Positions 1 through 9,924 of a DNA stretch of 64,000 nt are shown piece by piece. Origin of the DNA: Candidatus Aenigmatarchaeota archaeon (GTDB lineage Archaea; Aenigmatarchaeota; Aenigmatarchaeia; CG10238-14; SCSR01); contig JAWBWS010000002.1 in assembly GCA_038999725.1 (NCBI GenBank), positions 133,135 through 197,134 on the forward strand, written 5' to 3'. The notes below the pieces were generated by a model. That model did no database searches. It worked only from the letters and a program-made list of their open reading frames with translations, and was not told the origin of the DNA. Position 1 is the first letter of the stretch, and each line of letters opens with the position of its first letter. Both the position numbers and the translations under genes were made by a program.

Positions 1-19
1 ATCGTAGAAGGCAAATAAC

Positions 20-616
20 ATGAAAATTATTGGTATAGATCTTGCTGGTAGTGAAAAACAAGCCACAGGGTTTTGTTTTATGAACGAAAATTTGAATTGC
101 GAAACTCTCACCCTACACTCAGATAGAGAAATAATTGAAGAAACACTCAAGAGAGATCCTGATATAATAAGTATAGATGCTCCTCTAAGTTTACCAAAAG
201 ATAGAAAAAGTCTTGAAGAAAGAAGAGGTTCACATTTGAGAGCATGTGATAGAGAGCTTTTGAAAATGAAGATAAAATTTTTTCCTCTAACTCTTGGACC
301 TATGAGAAGTTTGACGAAAAGGGGAATAAAATTGAAAAAATTTTTTGAGAGAAAGGGATATAAAGTGATAGAAAGTTTCCCAGGAGCAGCTCAAGACTTA
401 TTGGGTATAGGTAGAAAACAAAAAGGTTTGGAAAAATTGAGAAAGGGTTTGATGAAATTTGGAATTAAAGGAGATATAGAGAAAAAGAAAATAACAGATG
501 ATGAATTGGATGCTATCACCTCAGCTTTAGTTGGGAAGTTGTTTCTGGAAAATAATTATATTGCTATAGGAGATCCGGAAGAAGGTTTAATCATTTTACC
601 AAAAACAAAGAAATGA
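20..616 (+). CDS. DUF429 family protein (predicted RNase H-fold nuclease)
   Basis: N-terminal IIGIDLAG, IDAPLSLP, RACDRELL, IESFPG and DELDA motifs typical of DUF429. Confidence 0.8.
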   Translation: MKIIGIDLAGSEKQATGFCFMNENLNCETLTLHSDREIIEETLKRDPDIISIDAPLSLPKDRKSLEERRGSHLRACDRELLKMKIKFFPLTLGPMRSLTKRGIKLKKFFERKGYKVIESFPGAAQDLLGIGRKQKGLEKLRKGLMKFGIKGDIEKKKITDDELDAITSALVGKLFLENNYIAIGDPEEGLIILPKTKK

Positions 617-621
617 GTGAT

Positions 622-780
622 TCACAAGGCTTTTAATTTTTCTTCCATTTCTTTTATTTCTCTTTGAAATCTTTCAATAACTCTAGGTAAGTCTTTATCT
701 TCTACTCTGAGAATTTTACTAGCCTCTCTTAATATCTTTTCTTTTTTCTTGAGCTTTTTCCACTCTTTCTTTGAAATCAT
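622..780 (-). CDS. Unannotated 52-aa helical micro-protein resembling the AlaRS C-terminal helical segment
   Basis: Hand translation: MISKKEWKKLKKKEKILREASKILRVEDKDLPRVIERFQREIKEMEEKLKAL*. Purine-rich GGGAGAG just upstream. It fills the otherwise empty gap and overlaps the alaS 3' end by 62 nt in another frame. Confidence 0.7.
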   Translation of the reverse strand: MISKKEWKKLKKKEKILREASKILRVEDKDLPRVIERFQREIKEMEEKLKAL

Positions 781-3097
781 TTCTCTCCCTCTTCTTCAAT
801 TCTTTTCTCAATTTCTTCCATTTTTCAAAGAGTTCTCCAACAGCTTTAACAATTTCCTCTTCTTTTACATTCAATTTCTTTGCAACTTCATTTAATATCT
901 TTTCTTTTTCTCTTAAGTATTCTAGAGCAACCTCTCCAGCTTTAATTTCAATTCTCACCAAACCATCAGCAATTCTCTTCGTCCTCAAAATTTTTATCAA
1001 ACCAACTTCTCTTGTGTTATCGTTGTGTAGACCTCCACAAGCTTCAACATCAAACCCCTTTATCTCAACAATTCTCAATTTCTTCGAAGGTATATAGCCA
1101 CCAGCATAAATTCCAAAACCATATTTCTTTTCAGCTTCTCCCCTCTCCATGATGAACTTCTTTATTGGCAAACCTTTTTGCACAATCATGTTGGCAAGAT
1201 TTTCTATTTTTTCTTCTTCATCTTCACTTAGAGCTTCATAGTGCGTGATATCGATTCTTGCTTTTTCTTCTGTCTTTTCTGCACCATATTGATGAACATG
1301 TTGCCCTAAGATTTTCTTTACTGCTCCACTTATTATGTGAATTGCATCATGATGTTTTTTCAAAATTTCTCTCCTTCTCTTATCAACTTTACACTTGACA
1401 ATTTGCCCCTCCCTCAAATCACAACTCTCAAGTTGATGAACTACCACAGAATTTGCCTTTATCACATCTACAACTCTATTTTCACCAATATAGCCAGTAT
1501 CATGTTCTTGACCGCCAGAAGTTGGATAAAAAGCTGTTCTATCTAACACAACAAAGTTTCCAGAAACTTTCAAAACCTTTGCTTTAAAGTTTATTGTATC
1601 ACCATAGTAAAGAATTTTTGTTTTCGGTAAGTTGGAAATATCTAGAGCTATCTTTCTTTCTTCTTTTTTTTCAACCATGTGTCTTTCTGTAACTTTCTTA
1701 TAAAAATCTGAAGAAACTTCCATCCTAAGCTGTTCAGGGGTGATTCCTTCAGAATCATAAAGTTTTATCAATTCTTCTTCTGTTGGTCTTCTTTGAGCAA
1801 ACATTTGAATGATTCTCTTTGCTCTCTCTTTTGTGTTTTTATATCTTTTTACCTCGATTTCTAAAATTTTCTCTATTTCTTCTTTTTTCTCTTCAAGTTC
1901 AGGGAACATTTTTTTCAAATAATCTATGTGCCAATTTGCAACATCCTCTATCTTTAAGTTCCATCCAAACTTATCGATGAAGCTCAAGGATCTTCTTAAA
2001 ATAACTCTCAAATTATAACCACCGGCAACATTGCTAGGTAAGCCACCATCTGCAATTGCAAAAACTAGAGCTCTTGCATGATCTGCTATTGCATATAGAG
2101 CATGTAAAGGTTCAATTGTCTTTTGTAACTCCTCCACAGAAGTTTTAAGCGTGTTGGCAAGGAAAGATAAAACTGGTTTGAAGTCTGCGAACTCATCAAT
2201 ATCAATTCTTCCTGAAATTTTTGAGAATCGAACAAAAAATTTCTCATCATACTTTATTCCACAAGCCTTCTTCATTTTTTCCAAAACTGGACCGAAAACT
2301 GCATCATAGCAGGTGGGTGTGCCTTGAGTTATCCAAGTAAGTCTTTCCAATCCTGCGCCCATGTCGATTATCTTTTCCCTAGCTTCTTTATAGTTTTCAG
2401 GTGTTCCCAAGAATTCGGTAAAGACAGCATTGCCCAGTTCTATCCCCTGAACATGATATTCCAAGCTGCTTCCAAAAGCACCATAACCAAGCCAAGCATC
2501 TTCTATGAAATTTATCTCTTCTGGCTTTATCCCAAAAACTTTTGTGAGAAGCTCGAAATCAAGCTCTATACATTTATCTTTCCAATAACCTTTTTTGCCA
2601 TCGAAAAGGGAAGTTTGTTGGACCATCCCAAAACATGTAAAACTCTTCGAATTCAAGCCAACATTTGGTATATCATTGAAGCGTAAACAAGGTTGTAATA
2701 ATATTGTGGGGTTTGCGGGAAATTCCCATTCAAGATTGTTATTTTCACCAATCCTGTAAAAGTTTACTATCCCTGCAATCGTGAAGTAAAGTGGATACCA
2801 CCTACAAACTGTGGGATAGCGCTCAAGTGCTATATGTCCACTATCAACAAAAAATTTCTGAATTCTTTTCCAAGTCTCAAAAATATCCCAACTTTTCTTG
2901 GTTGGAGGTTTACCTATGAAGTCGTAAGTCCTACAACTAGAATCGTTGCAAGTTTCTTGCTTCTTGATTGACCAAAAATACTTACCACATTTACTACATT
3001 GCCTTCTCTCGAAGCCTAATTCATCGAAAATCTTAACCTTCCAAAAGCGGTTTGGATTTTTTTGAAATTCTTGAATCAATTCTTTCTTTGTTCTCAT
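719..3097 (-). CDS. alaS: Alanine--tRNA ligase, archaeal type, lacking a recognisable C-terminal DHHA1 domain
   Basis: N-terminal Zn motif (CSKC...C...C), QPCLR, DMGAGLER, IADHAR, FYPTSGGQ, editing motifs HxxxH (HDAIH) and CGGLH. Confidence 0.95.
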   Translation of the reverse strand: MRTKKELIQEFQKNPNRFWKVKIFDELGFERRQCSKCGKYFWSIKKQETCNDSSCRTYDFIGKPPTKKSWDIFETWKRIQKFFVDSGHIALERYPTVCRWYPLYFTIAGIVNFYRIGENNNLEWEFPANPTILLQPCLRFNDIPNVGLNSKSFTCFGMVQQTSLFDGKKGYWKDKCIELDFELLTKVFGIKPEEINFIEDAWLGYGAFGSSLEYHVQGIELGNAVFTEFLGTPENYKEAREKIIDMGAGLERLTWITQGTPTCYDAVFGPVLEKMKKACGIKYDEKFFVRFSKISGRIDIDEFADFKPVLSFLANTLKTSVEELQKTIEPLHALYAIADHARALVFAIADGGLPSNVAGGYNLRVILRRSLSFIDKFGWNLKIEDVANWHIDYLKKMFPELEEKKEEIEKILEIEVKRYKNTKERAKRIIQMFAQRRPTEEELIKLYDSEGITPEQLRMEVSSDFYKKVTERHMVEKKEERKIALDISNLPKTKILYYGDTINFKAKVLKVSGNFVVLDRTAFYPTSGGQEHDTGYIGENRVVDVIKANSVVVHQLESCDLREGQIVKCKVDKRRREILKKHHDAIHIISGAVKKILGQHVHQYGAEKTEEKARIDITHYEALSEDEEEKIENLANMIVQKGLPIKKFIMERGEAEKKYGFGIYAGGYIPSKKLRIVEIKGFDVEACGGLHNDNTREVGLIKILRTKRIADGLVRIEIKAGEVALEYLREKEKILNEVAKKLNVKEEEIVKAVGELFEKWKKLRKELKKRERNDFKERVEKAQEKRKDIKRG

Positions 3098-3135
3098 ATT
3101 TTTTCACTAACTCGTCAATAAAGACATTTTTGATT

Positions 3136-3489
3136 CTAGTTTAAATATGGTTCTTGCGCTCTTAACTCATTCACTAAAACTTCTATGAAGCTCTTACCCA
3201 ATTTTCTCATTTCTTCTATTGTTTTTCTCATTCGCCGTAATCTCCTAGTTCTTACATATCCTCTCAAAATTTTCCTTTCATATTTTTCAACTTCAATTGG
3301 AAAATCTTCTTTCTCTATTTCATCAGGATTGTTTGACAACATCTCTATTATAATTCTTACATGGTTGATTTTATAGATATTTTTATCGGCATGATTTCTC
3401 ATATCATCGGCACAACTATTTACTGGTATCAAGTAGGGTTTTTTTAAACGATTTATGTAAACTTTGAGTTTTCTTGGATTGGTTTTCAT
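3136..3489 (-). CDS. Hypothetical basic protein (~117 aa)
   Basis: Open frame with genome-typical composition. ATG at 3489 preferred to the track start at 3522, which overlaps the upstream gene. Confidence 0.55.
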   Translation of the reverse strand: MKTNPRKLKVYINRLKKPYLIPVNSCADDMRNHADKNIYKINHVRIIIEMLSNNPDEIEKEDFPIEVEKYERKILRGYVRTRRLRRMRKTIEEMRKLGKSFIEVLVNELRAQEPYLN

Positions 3490-3518
3490 ATTGAATAAAA
3501 AAACATTAAAGTTTAAAT

Positions 3519-4760
3519 TCATTTCTCAAACATCGAAAGAACCAAGGGATTTAAACCTGCAAAAAATAAAATGCTTGGAATTAAAAGCACGCCCATACAA
3601 TAACTTCTTCTCACTTCAAAATTGGCACAAAGAAGGCCGATAGCAGTTGAAATTGAAAGGATGATAACACCTATAATTCCTGTCCAAATAAAAGTCAAAA
3701 TAAAAATAAAGCTTATAACCGAAAGTGTTAAAGTTTTGTAATCTAGCTTGATTAGAATTTTTGATATTTGTTTAGCAAGGTAAAGTGTGAGTAAAGCTGA
3801 AATCCCTGAAACAAAACAAATTGTTCCGAGCAAAAGTAAGACATCAAAAAAGCTTAGCTCTGTTAAAATTTGTTGGATTGCAACACTTGAACCACTTCTT
3901 GGATTTGAAACAAGGTAAAGGGAGATGAGAGAGAAAACTTCGTTACCAACATTTATTCCCGAAAGGGTAATAAGGAAACTTCTTGCATCCCCTCTTCCAG
4001 TAAGATATTGCATCATAACAGCGGCTTCTGAAATCCCGACTGCAGGTAAGAAGCCTACAATAATCCCGGCAATTGAGCCCAAGAAACTTGACTTTAGAAT
4101 TTCTTTTGTTGAGATTTTAAGAGAAAAATCTTCTTTTTGTTCAGGAATTTTTGAAGTTTCAGAAAAGCTTATTATCAAAGTGCTCAAACCAAACATTCCA
4201 GTCAAAACAGGAAAGAGAATATGTTGTGAAGGTAAAAGTTGGGAATTCAAAACAAGTAGGCCAAAAATTCCTGAAAGCAAAATTATGAAAGTTGAAAAAA
4301 TCATCTTTTTTGGCTTTTTCTCAGAAAGAATCATGAAAGCTACAACAGCAATTAGGGCAAGGTGTATGTATGGTCTCGTGAGCTTGTAGAAAGATGCAAA
4401 GTAGGGTGAAAGAAATGCTATGAGGAAAAGGCTGAAAATCAAAGAGCCTATGCCACCTATGACTGTAAGTTTAACTGCCTCATACCCCCTTCCTTCTAGA
4501 AGAAGTCTATGACCCGGTAAAACTGCTAAAGTAGTGCCCTCTTCAGGTGCACCGATGAAAATTGATGGAATAAAATTAAAGAATATCTCACTCATCGCTG
4601 CAGAAACAATAAGAACTACCAAATGGTGAGGGGGTAAGTTAAAAAAAGTTGAAAGAGAGAAAAGCAGAGGTAATAAAGTGTTGATATGCATGCTCGGCAT
4701 CAAACCTCCAAATAAACCTATTAAAATTCCGAGGATTGAAACAAGAATAAAACTAAACAT
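3519..4760 (-). CDS. Tripartite tricarboxylate transporter permease (TctA/DUF112 family), archaeal short form
   Basis: Highly hydrophobic; GLMPSMHIN, FIPSIFIGAP, VLPGHRLLLEGRG and GFLPAVG internal-repeat motifs. Confidence 0.85.
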   Translation of the reverse strand: MFSFILVSILGILIGLFGGLMPSMHINTLLPLLFSLSTFFNLPPHHLVVLIVSAAMSEIFFNFIPSIFIGAPEEGTTLAVLPGHRLLLEGRGYEAVKLTVIGGIGSLIFSLFLIAFLSPYFASFYKLTRPYIHLALIAVVAFMILSEKKPKKMIFSTFIILLSGIFGLLVLNSQLLPSQHILFPVLTGMFGLSTLIISFSETSKIPEQKEDFSLKISTKEILKSSFLGSIAGIIVGFLPAVGISEAAVMMQYLTGRGDARSFLITLSGINVGNEVFSLISLYLVSNPRSGSSVAIQQILTELSFFDVLLLLGTICFVSGISALLTLYLAKQISKILIKLDYKTLTLSVISFIFILTFIWTGIIGVIILSISTAIGLLCANFEVRRSYCMGVLLIPSILFFAGLNPLVLSMFEK

Positions 4761-4761
4761 A

Positions 4762-5169
4762 TCACTTCAAACTATCTAAGATTTGAATATCACTCGGCCT
4801 TCTGGGAACAATTTGAAGTTGACCTTTGTATTCACTTACAATCCCGGTAATTCTCACACTCCTACCCTTTCTTAAGTCGTATTGAGTTATACCATTGTTA
4901 CTCAACTTGTTGGCTAAACTAGAAAAAATTGGAACTTCTATTTTTGCATCATCATCTACTAAAGTTAAGAAAATATGACCTGCCTCGTGCTTTCTAACAT
5001 AAGAAATTTTGCCAGTTGTAGAGATCAGCTTACCAATTAATTTTGAATCTATTTTACTTATTCTTATCTCGGAGGGGGAAACTGCTGAAACTGAAAAATA
5101 GAGGAAAATTAAACCTGTTAATGAAACTAAGATACAAGTTATTATAAAAATTTTTTTCTTAATTTCCAT
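4762..5169 (-). CDS. Membrane-anchored OB-fold nucleic-acid-binding domain protein
   Basis: N-terminal TM helix followed by OB-fold pattern (GHIFLTLVD...VRITGIVSEYKGQLQIVP). Confidence 0.75.
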   Translation of the reverse strand: MEIKKKIFIITCILVSLTGLIFLYFSVSAVSPSEIRISKIDSKLIGKLISTTGKISYVRKHEAGHIFLTLVDDDAKIEVPIFSSLANKLSNNGITQYDLRKGRSVRITGIVSEYKGQLQIVPRRPSDIQILDSLK

Positions 5170-5419
5170 GCTTAAGTTTGGGTAGAATATTATTCATATA
5201 GGTTTAGAACTACAAGGGTGAGTTAAATTACTTTTCAAAACCTTTCATGTTGAGGTAAACAATTGTGGCTAACAAACCACTGAAAGCTGTAGTTATTATT
5301 GAAAATTAGAACTTGATATTAGAAGAAGTGCAAAATAAACCCGAAGGTTTTCTACTATAAATCCGGAATTTCTCCAAAAATTTTAAAGCTAAACCCATAA
5401 GTACACTAAAATAAAAAAC

Positions 5420-8299
5420 TTAGGCTCTATTGAAAGCTATGCTTATCTTTCTACCATCAAATTCAAGAGTATCTGAAAATTTTCCTTTAATGACACCTAT
5501 TACAACAGATTTGGCCCCAACTTCCTTTGCTATTGTTCTTTTACTTTTTTCCAAGAGCTTGTTTGTTTTCTCGTCAGAACTTAAAGTTAGATTAACTCTT
5601 TCCTTAACAATAAAACCAAATTTCTTTCTCATCTCTTGTATTTTTCTGACAAGCTCTCTCAAAAGAGCTTCGTCTAAAAGCTCTTCATCCAGTTTAGAAG
5701 GTATGAAAACTTCGCCTAGAGCAAAATTTGCTGTTGAAAATTCGCCCTTTGGTTTCTCTTTTACAACTTTTACATCTTTAGCGTTACAAATCTTGAGTAT
5801 ACATTCTTTCAAGTCTTTCACAGTATCCAAAACTCTCTTATCTTTTGATGTAATAATGAGTGAGGATATTGGCCACCTGAGCTTGAGATTGCACTTTTGT
5901 CTTGCTGCACTAGCTGCCTCAAAAATTTGTTTAGCAATTTTCATCTCTTCCTCCAGCTTTTTGTTTATCTTCTGTTTTCTAACCTTTGGCCAATTTTCCA
6001 TATGTAGAGAAAGCTTACCATTCTTCAAGGGCTTGATAACTTCTTGATAAACTTGTTCTGATAAGAAAGGACAAATAGGCGCTAAAAGTTTGACTAAAAC
6101 CTCTGTGACATTTAAACAAGTGAAGAAGGCTGCTTTTTTGTCTTTTCCCTCATACAGAGGCCAAACTCTGTCTCTTATAAGCTTGATGTACCATCTTGAG
6201 AAATCGTTTAGGATGAAGTCCAAAATTTCATTTGCAGCTTTGTGAGCATTGTAATCTTGGAAATGTTTGGTACAACTCTCCACTAAAGAGTTCAATCTAG
6301 AGAGAATCCATTTATCTTCTTGTTTCATAGCTTTAGGACTTCCAGGAGAAGTGACATATGTTTTGATAAAATTGAAAGTATTTCTGACTATCACAAAATC
6401 TTTTGCTATTTCTTCCATTTCTTGCCAACTGAAGTAGTAATCATTCCAAGGTTCACTTGAAAGATAGTAAAATCTAAGCAAATCTCTCCCATATTTTTCT
6501 ATCACTTCTTCTGTGCTCACAATGTTCTGCAAGCTTTTAGACATCTTTTGACCATGAGCATCTAGAACTAATCCGTGCATCAAAACACTCTTGAAGGGAG
6601 CTTTGCCAAAAGTCATCATGCTCGTTATCATCAAAGAATTCCACCAACCACGAAATTGGTCAGAACCTTCTAATATGAAGTCAGCAGGCCAAAGTTTCTT
6701 GAAAAGTTTTTTATTTTTTGGGTAGCCTAAAGAAGCCCAAGAAGCCACTCCAGAATCAAACCAAACATCAAGCACGTCTGGAATTCTTTTCATCTTACCT
6801 CCACACTCACATTCCAAAATTACTTCATCTATATATGGTTTGTGGAAGTCTCTTGGCATTTTTGGCAACTCTTCTCTTGAGCCTATAACCTTGATGTCTC
6901 CACATTTCTCACAAATCCAAATTGGAAGAGGAATTCCCCAATACCTTTGCCTTGAAATCGGCCAATCTCCTAGGCTTTCAAGCCAATTTTGGAATCTTTG
7001 GCTTGCCCAATTTGGGTTCCATTTTATCTTCTTATTCTCTTCTATTAACTTTTCCCTTATTGCTGTGACTTTGAAAAACCATTGGGGCAGAGAAATTTGA
7101 AGTAATGGTGTGCTGCACCTCCAGCAGATTGGGTAATCGTGTTCTATCGTCTCTTCATGGAGCAGCAATCCTTTAGCTCTAAGGTCCTGTATTATAAGCT
7201 TGTCAGCATCCTTAACAAACATCCCAGAATATTTACCACAAGTCTCATTAAAAGTTCCGTCGATTTTGACAGGAGAAACCATTGGTAGGCCGGTTTCCAA
7301 TCCAACTTTGTAGTCTTCTTCACCGTGTCCAGGAGCTGTGTGAACTAAGCCCGTACCTTCTTCCAAACTCACGAATTGAGTTGAAAGAACCACTCTGTGA
7401 GCATTAGTTAAAACTTGTTGAAACTTGAACTCATCAAAAAATGGATGTTCATATTTCAGGTTTTCCAGATTTTTTCCCAATTTTATCTCTAAAATTTTGT
7501 AGTCTTTTATTCCAACCTTTTTCATTACAACCTCCAAAAGTTGTTTAGCTAAAATCAAAACTTCATCCCCAACTTGAACAAAAGCATATTCTGCGTCAGG
7601 CTTTACCATTATACCTGTGTTCGCAGGTAAAGTCCAAGGTGTAGTTGTCCATACCACAAGGTATTCATTTGGCTTGTTCTTGAGTTTGAATTTTACATAA
7701 ATTGAAGGATCTTTAAGTTTTGTGTATTCTATCTCATTATAAGCAACTACTGTCTCGCATTTTGGACAAACATGCACAGGATAATTCCCTTTGTATAAAA
7801 AGCCCTTCTCAAAAGCTTTCTTGAACGTGAACCAAGCTCCTTCTATGTACTCATTTGTTAAGGTTAAGTAAGGATTTTTCCAGTCCATCCAAACTCCCAA
7901 GTTTTCAAACTGCCTTGCCATCACATCAATGTATTTTGTTGCAAATTCTCTACATTTTTGTATGAATTTAGCAACACCAAACTTCTCTATATCTTTCTTA
8001 CTCTTGAACCCAAGCTCTTTTTCCACTTTGTTTTCTATTGGTACACCATGAGTATCATAACCTGGCTGGTCCCAAACATTAAAGCCAAACATTCTGAAAA
8101 ATCTGAGATAACAATCTTTAAGAACTTTATTCATGGCAGTACCAACATGAATGCTTCCAGTAGCATATGGTGGACCATCTAAAAAATAAAATTTTCTAGC
8201 CTTTTTCCTTTGAGCCTTAACCTTCTCGTAAATTTTATTCTTCTTCCAGAATTGCATTATCTTTTCTTCTTGTTTTTTAAATGCAGTTTGTTGGAGCAT
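5420..8299 (-). CDS. ileS: Isoleucine--tRNA ligase
   Basis: DGPPYATG-HVGT (HIGH variant), WTTTPWTLP, GTGLVHTAPGHG, SRQRYWG, KMSKS. ATG at 8299 is the likely start (track start 8356). Confidence 0.97.
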   Translation of the reverse strand: MLQQTAFKKQEEKIMQFWKKNKIYEKVKAQRKKARKFYFLDGPPYATGSIHVGTAMNKVLKDCYLRFFRMFGFNVWDQPGYDTHGVPIENKVEKELGFKSKKDIEKFGVAKFIQKCREFATKYIDVMARQFENLGVWMDWKNPYLTLTNEYIEGAWFTFKKAFEKGFLYKGNYPVHVCPKCETVVAYNEIEYTKLKDPSIYVKFKLKNKPNEYLVVWTTTPWTLPANTGIMVKPDAEYAFVQVGDEVLILAKQLLEVVMKKVGIKDYKILEIKLGKNLENLKYEHPFFDEFKFQQVLTNAHRVVLSTQFVSLEEGTGLVHTAPGHGEEDYKVGLETGLPMVSPVKIDGTFNETCGKYSGMFVKDADKLIIQDLRAKGLLLHEETIEHDYPICWRCSTPLLQISLPQWFFKVTAIREKLIEENKKIKWNPNWASQRFQNWLESLGDWPISRQRYWGIPLPIWICEKCGDIKVIGSREELPKMPRDFHKPYIDEVILECECGGKMKRIPDVLDVWFDSGVASWASLGYPKNKKLFKKLWPADFILEGSDQFRGWWNSLMITSMMTFGKAPFKSVLMHGLVLDAHGQKMSKSLQNIVSTEEVIEKYGRDLLRFYYLSSEPWNDYYFSWQEMEEIAKDFVIVRNTFNFIKTYVTSPGSPKAMKQEDKWILSRLNSLVESCTKHFQDYNAHKAANEILDFILNDFSRWYIKLIRDRVWPLYEGKDKKAAFFTCLNVTEVLVKLLAPICPFLSEQVYQEVIKPLKNGKLSLHMENWPKVRKQKINKKLEEEMKIAKQIFEAASAARQKCNLKLRWPISSLIITSKDKRVLDTVKDLKECILKICNAKDVKVVKEKPKGEFSTANFALGEVFIPSKLDEELLDEALLRELVRKIQEMRKKFGFIVKERVNLTLSSDEKTNKLLEKSKRTIAKEVGAKSVVIGVIKGKFSDTLEFDGRKISIAFNRA

Positions 8300-8586
8300 A
8301 AATTCATTTTTAGAGTTTTGTTTAAATAAAAATTCAGAATTAGATCCGAGTATCACCCTTCATTTTCTCCTCAGTTTTAATTTATGAGGCAAGATACTTA
8401 AACTTTTTCTCAATTATGGTTGAATTTGTTCCTGAGGTTTGTGTCATCAACAATAGCAATGAGATTATAATTTAGGTTGATACAAAGCTACCAGTGGTAA
8501 TAAGTAAAGAAGATTGCAAAGTTTTATTATTAGGCACTAACACATATACTATAGGCTTAAGGTGGGATATGGTTGGTGAAGGAAAG

Positions 8587-9924
8587 ATGAAGTTCCAATC
8601 TCCAAAGGGAACTAGAGATTTGGGACCAGAAGAAATGATTATTCGTGACTATGTGATTCAAACCATTAAAAGGGTTTTTGAATCATATGGCTTTGAAGCT
8701 CTAGAAACTCCTGCTTTAGAAGATTTAGATCTTCTAACAGCAAAAAGTGGTAAAGATATTGTCAAACAGATTTTCAGGATAGAAAGTGAAGGTAAAAAAA
8801 AGCTTGGTTTGAGATTTGATTTAACGGTTCCTTTAGCAAGATTTCTTGTAAATAACCCCCAACTACCTAAACCATTCAAAAGATATGCTATTGCCCCTGT
8901 TTGGCGCTATGAAGAGCCACAGGCTGGAAGGTTAAGACAATTTTACCAAGCTGATGTTGATATTTGTGGCCCAAGTAGCATGGAAGCTGATGTGGAGTGT
9001 ATAGCCTGTGCTATAGATTGCTTGAAAGCTTTGGGCCTTGAAAAATTGAAAGTTAGAATAAACAACAGGAAGCTCTTAGAAGCTTTTGTTGAAATAGTGA
9101 AAGAAAAAATTCCGGAGGAAGTAGAAATTGAGTTTGGTAATCTTGAGGTCTTCAGGATTTTAGATAAATTAAGTAAAATTGGTGTTAGTGGTGTAAAAGA
9201 GGAATTGAAGAAAATTGGAATGCCGAAAAAACAAATAGATGAGTTGCTTGAAATTGCTTCAATAAGAGGAAAATATGAAGAGGTGTTGAAAAAAGGGGAA
9301 GCTTTGGTTAAAGACAATCCTAAAGGAAGAGAAGGAATAGAAGAATTAAAACAAATTTTTGAGTTTTCAAAACTTTATGGAATAGCTGAATTGCTTATTC
9401 TTGACTTTGGCTTGGCAAGAGGGCTTGACTATTACACTGGCCCTATATTTGAAATTGAAATGGAGGGAGAAAAAATTGGGTCCTTAGCTGGTGGTGGAAG
9501 GTATGATAATTTAATTGAACTTTATGGAGGAAAACCAACTCCTGCGACTGGAATTTCTCTTGGTGTAGAAAGGATAATAGAAATCATGAAGAGAAAGAAA
9601 ATTGTTGAGCTCCCAAAAACAAGAATTAAAGTTTTTGTTGCAAATGTTAGTAAAGAAGTTAGGGCTGAGGTGATAAGAGTTGCTGGAATACTTAGAAATG
9701 AGGGAATTCCGACTCAAACAGATTTAATGAACAGAAGTTTAACAAAACAACTTGAGTATGCAGACTCTCTTGGGATACCTTTTGTTTTGATAGTGGGAAT
9801 GAAAGAATTACAAACAAAGAAATTCAAATTGAGAGACATGAGGAAAAAAATTGAGAAAGAACTTGAAATTGAAGAAATTGTAGAATTACTTAAAAATTAT
9901 AATTCTGGCTTTGCTAATTTCTAA
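8587..9924 (+). CDS. hisS: Histidine--tRNA ligase
   Basis: PKGTRD, LRFDLT, RYEEPQAGRLRQFYQ, RGLDYYTG, GGGRYD. GGTGA RBS before ATG 8587 (track start 8494). Confidence 0.97.
   Translation: MKFQSPKGTRDLGPEEMIIRDYVIQTIKRVFESYGFEALETPALEDLDLLTAKSGKDIVKQIFRIESEGKKKLGLRFDLTVPLARFLVNNPQLPKPFKRYAIAPVWRYEEPQAGRLRQFYQADVDICGPSSMEADVECIACAIDCLKALGLEKLKVRINNRKLLEAFVEIVKEKIPEEVEIEFGNLEVFRILDKLSKIGVSGVKEELKKIGMPKKQIDELLEIASIRGKYEEVLKKGEALVKDNPKGREGIEELKQIFEFSKLYGIAELLILDFGLARGLDYYTGPIFEIEMEGEKIGSLAGGGRYDNLIELYGGKPTPATGISLGVERIIEIMKRKKIVELPKTRIKVFVANVSKEVRAEVIRVAGILRNEGIPTQTDLMNRSLTKQLEYADSLGIPFVLIVGMKELQTKKFKLRDMRKKIEKELEIEEIVELLKNYNSGFANF

Noticed and set aside
719..800. Programmed frameshift signal joining alaS to the downstream micro-ORF
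   Set aside because: No clear shift site or stimulatory structure, and the micro-ORF has its own ATG and purine-rich leader. Kept only as an alternative explanation.
5170..5419. 250-nt intergenic gap with a small hairpin AAACC-CGAA-GGTTT (about 5337-5350)
   Set aside because: A 5-bp stem in AT-rich DNA is expected by chance; no ncRNA motifs or convincing ORF.
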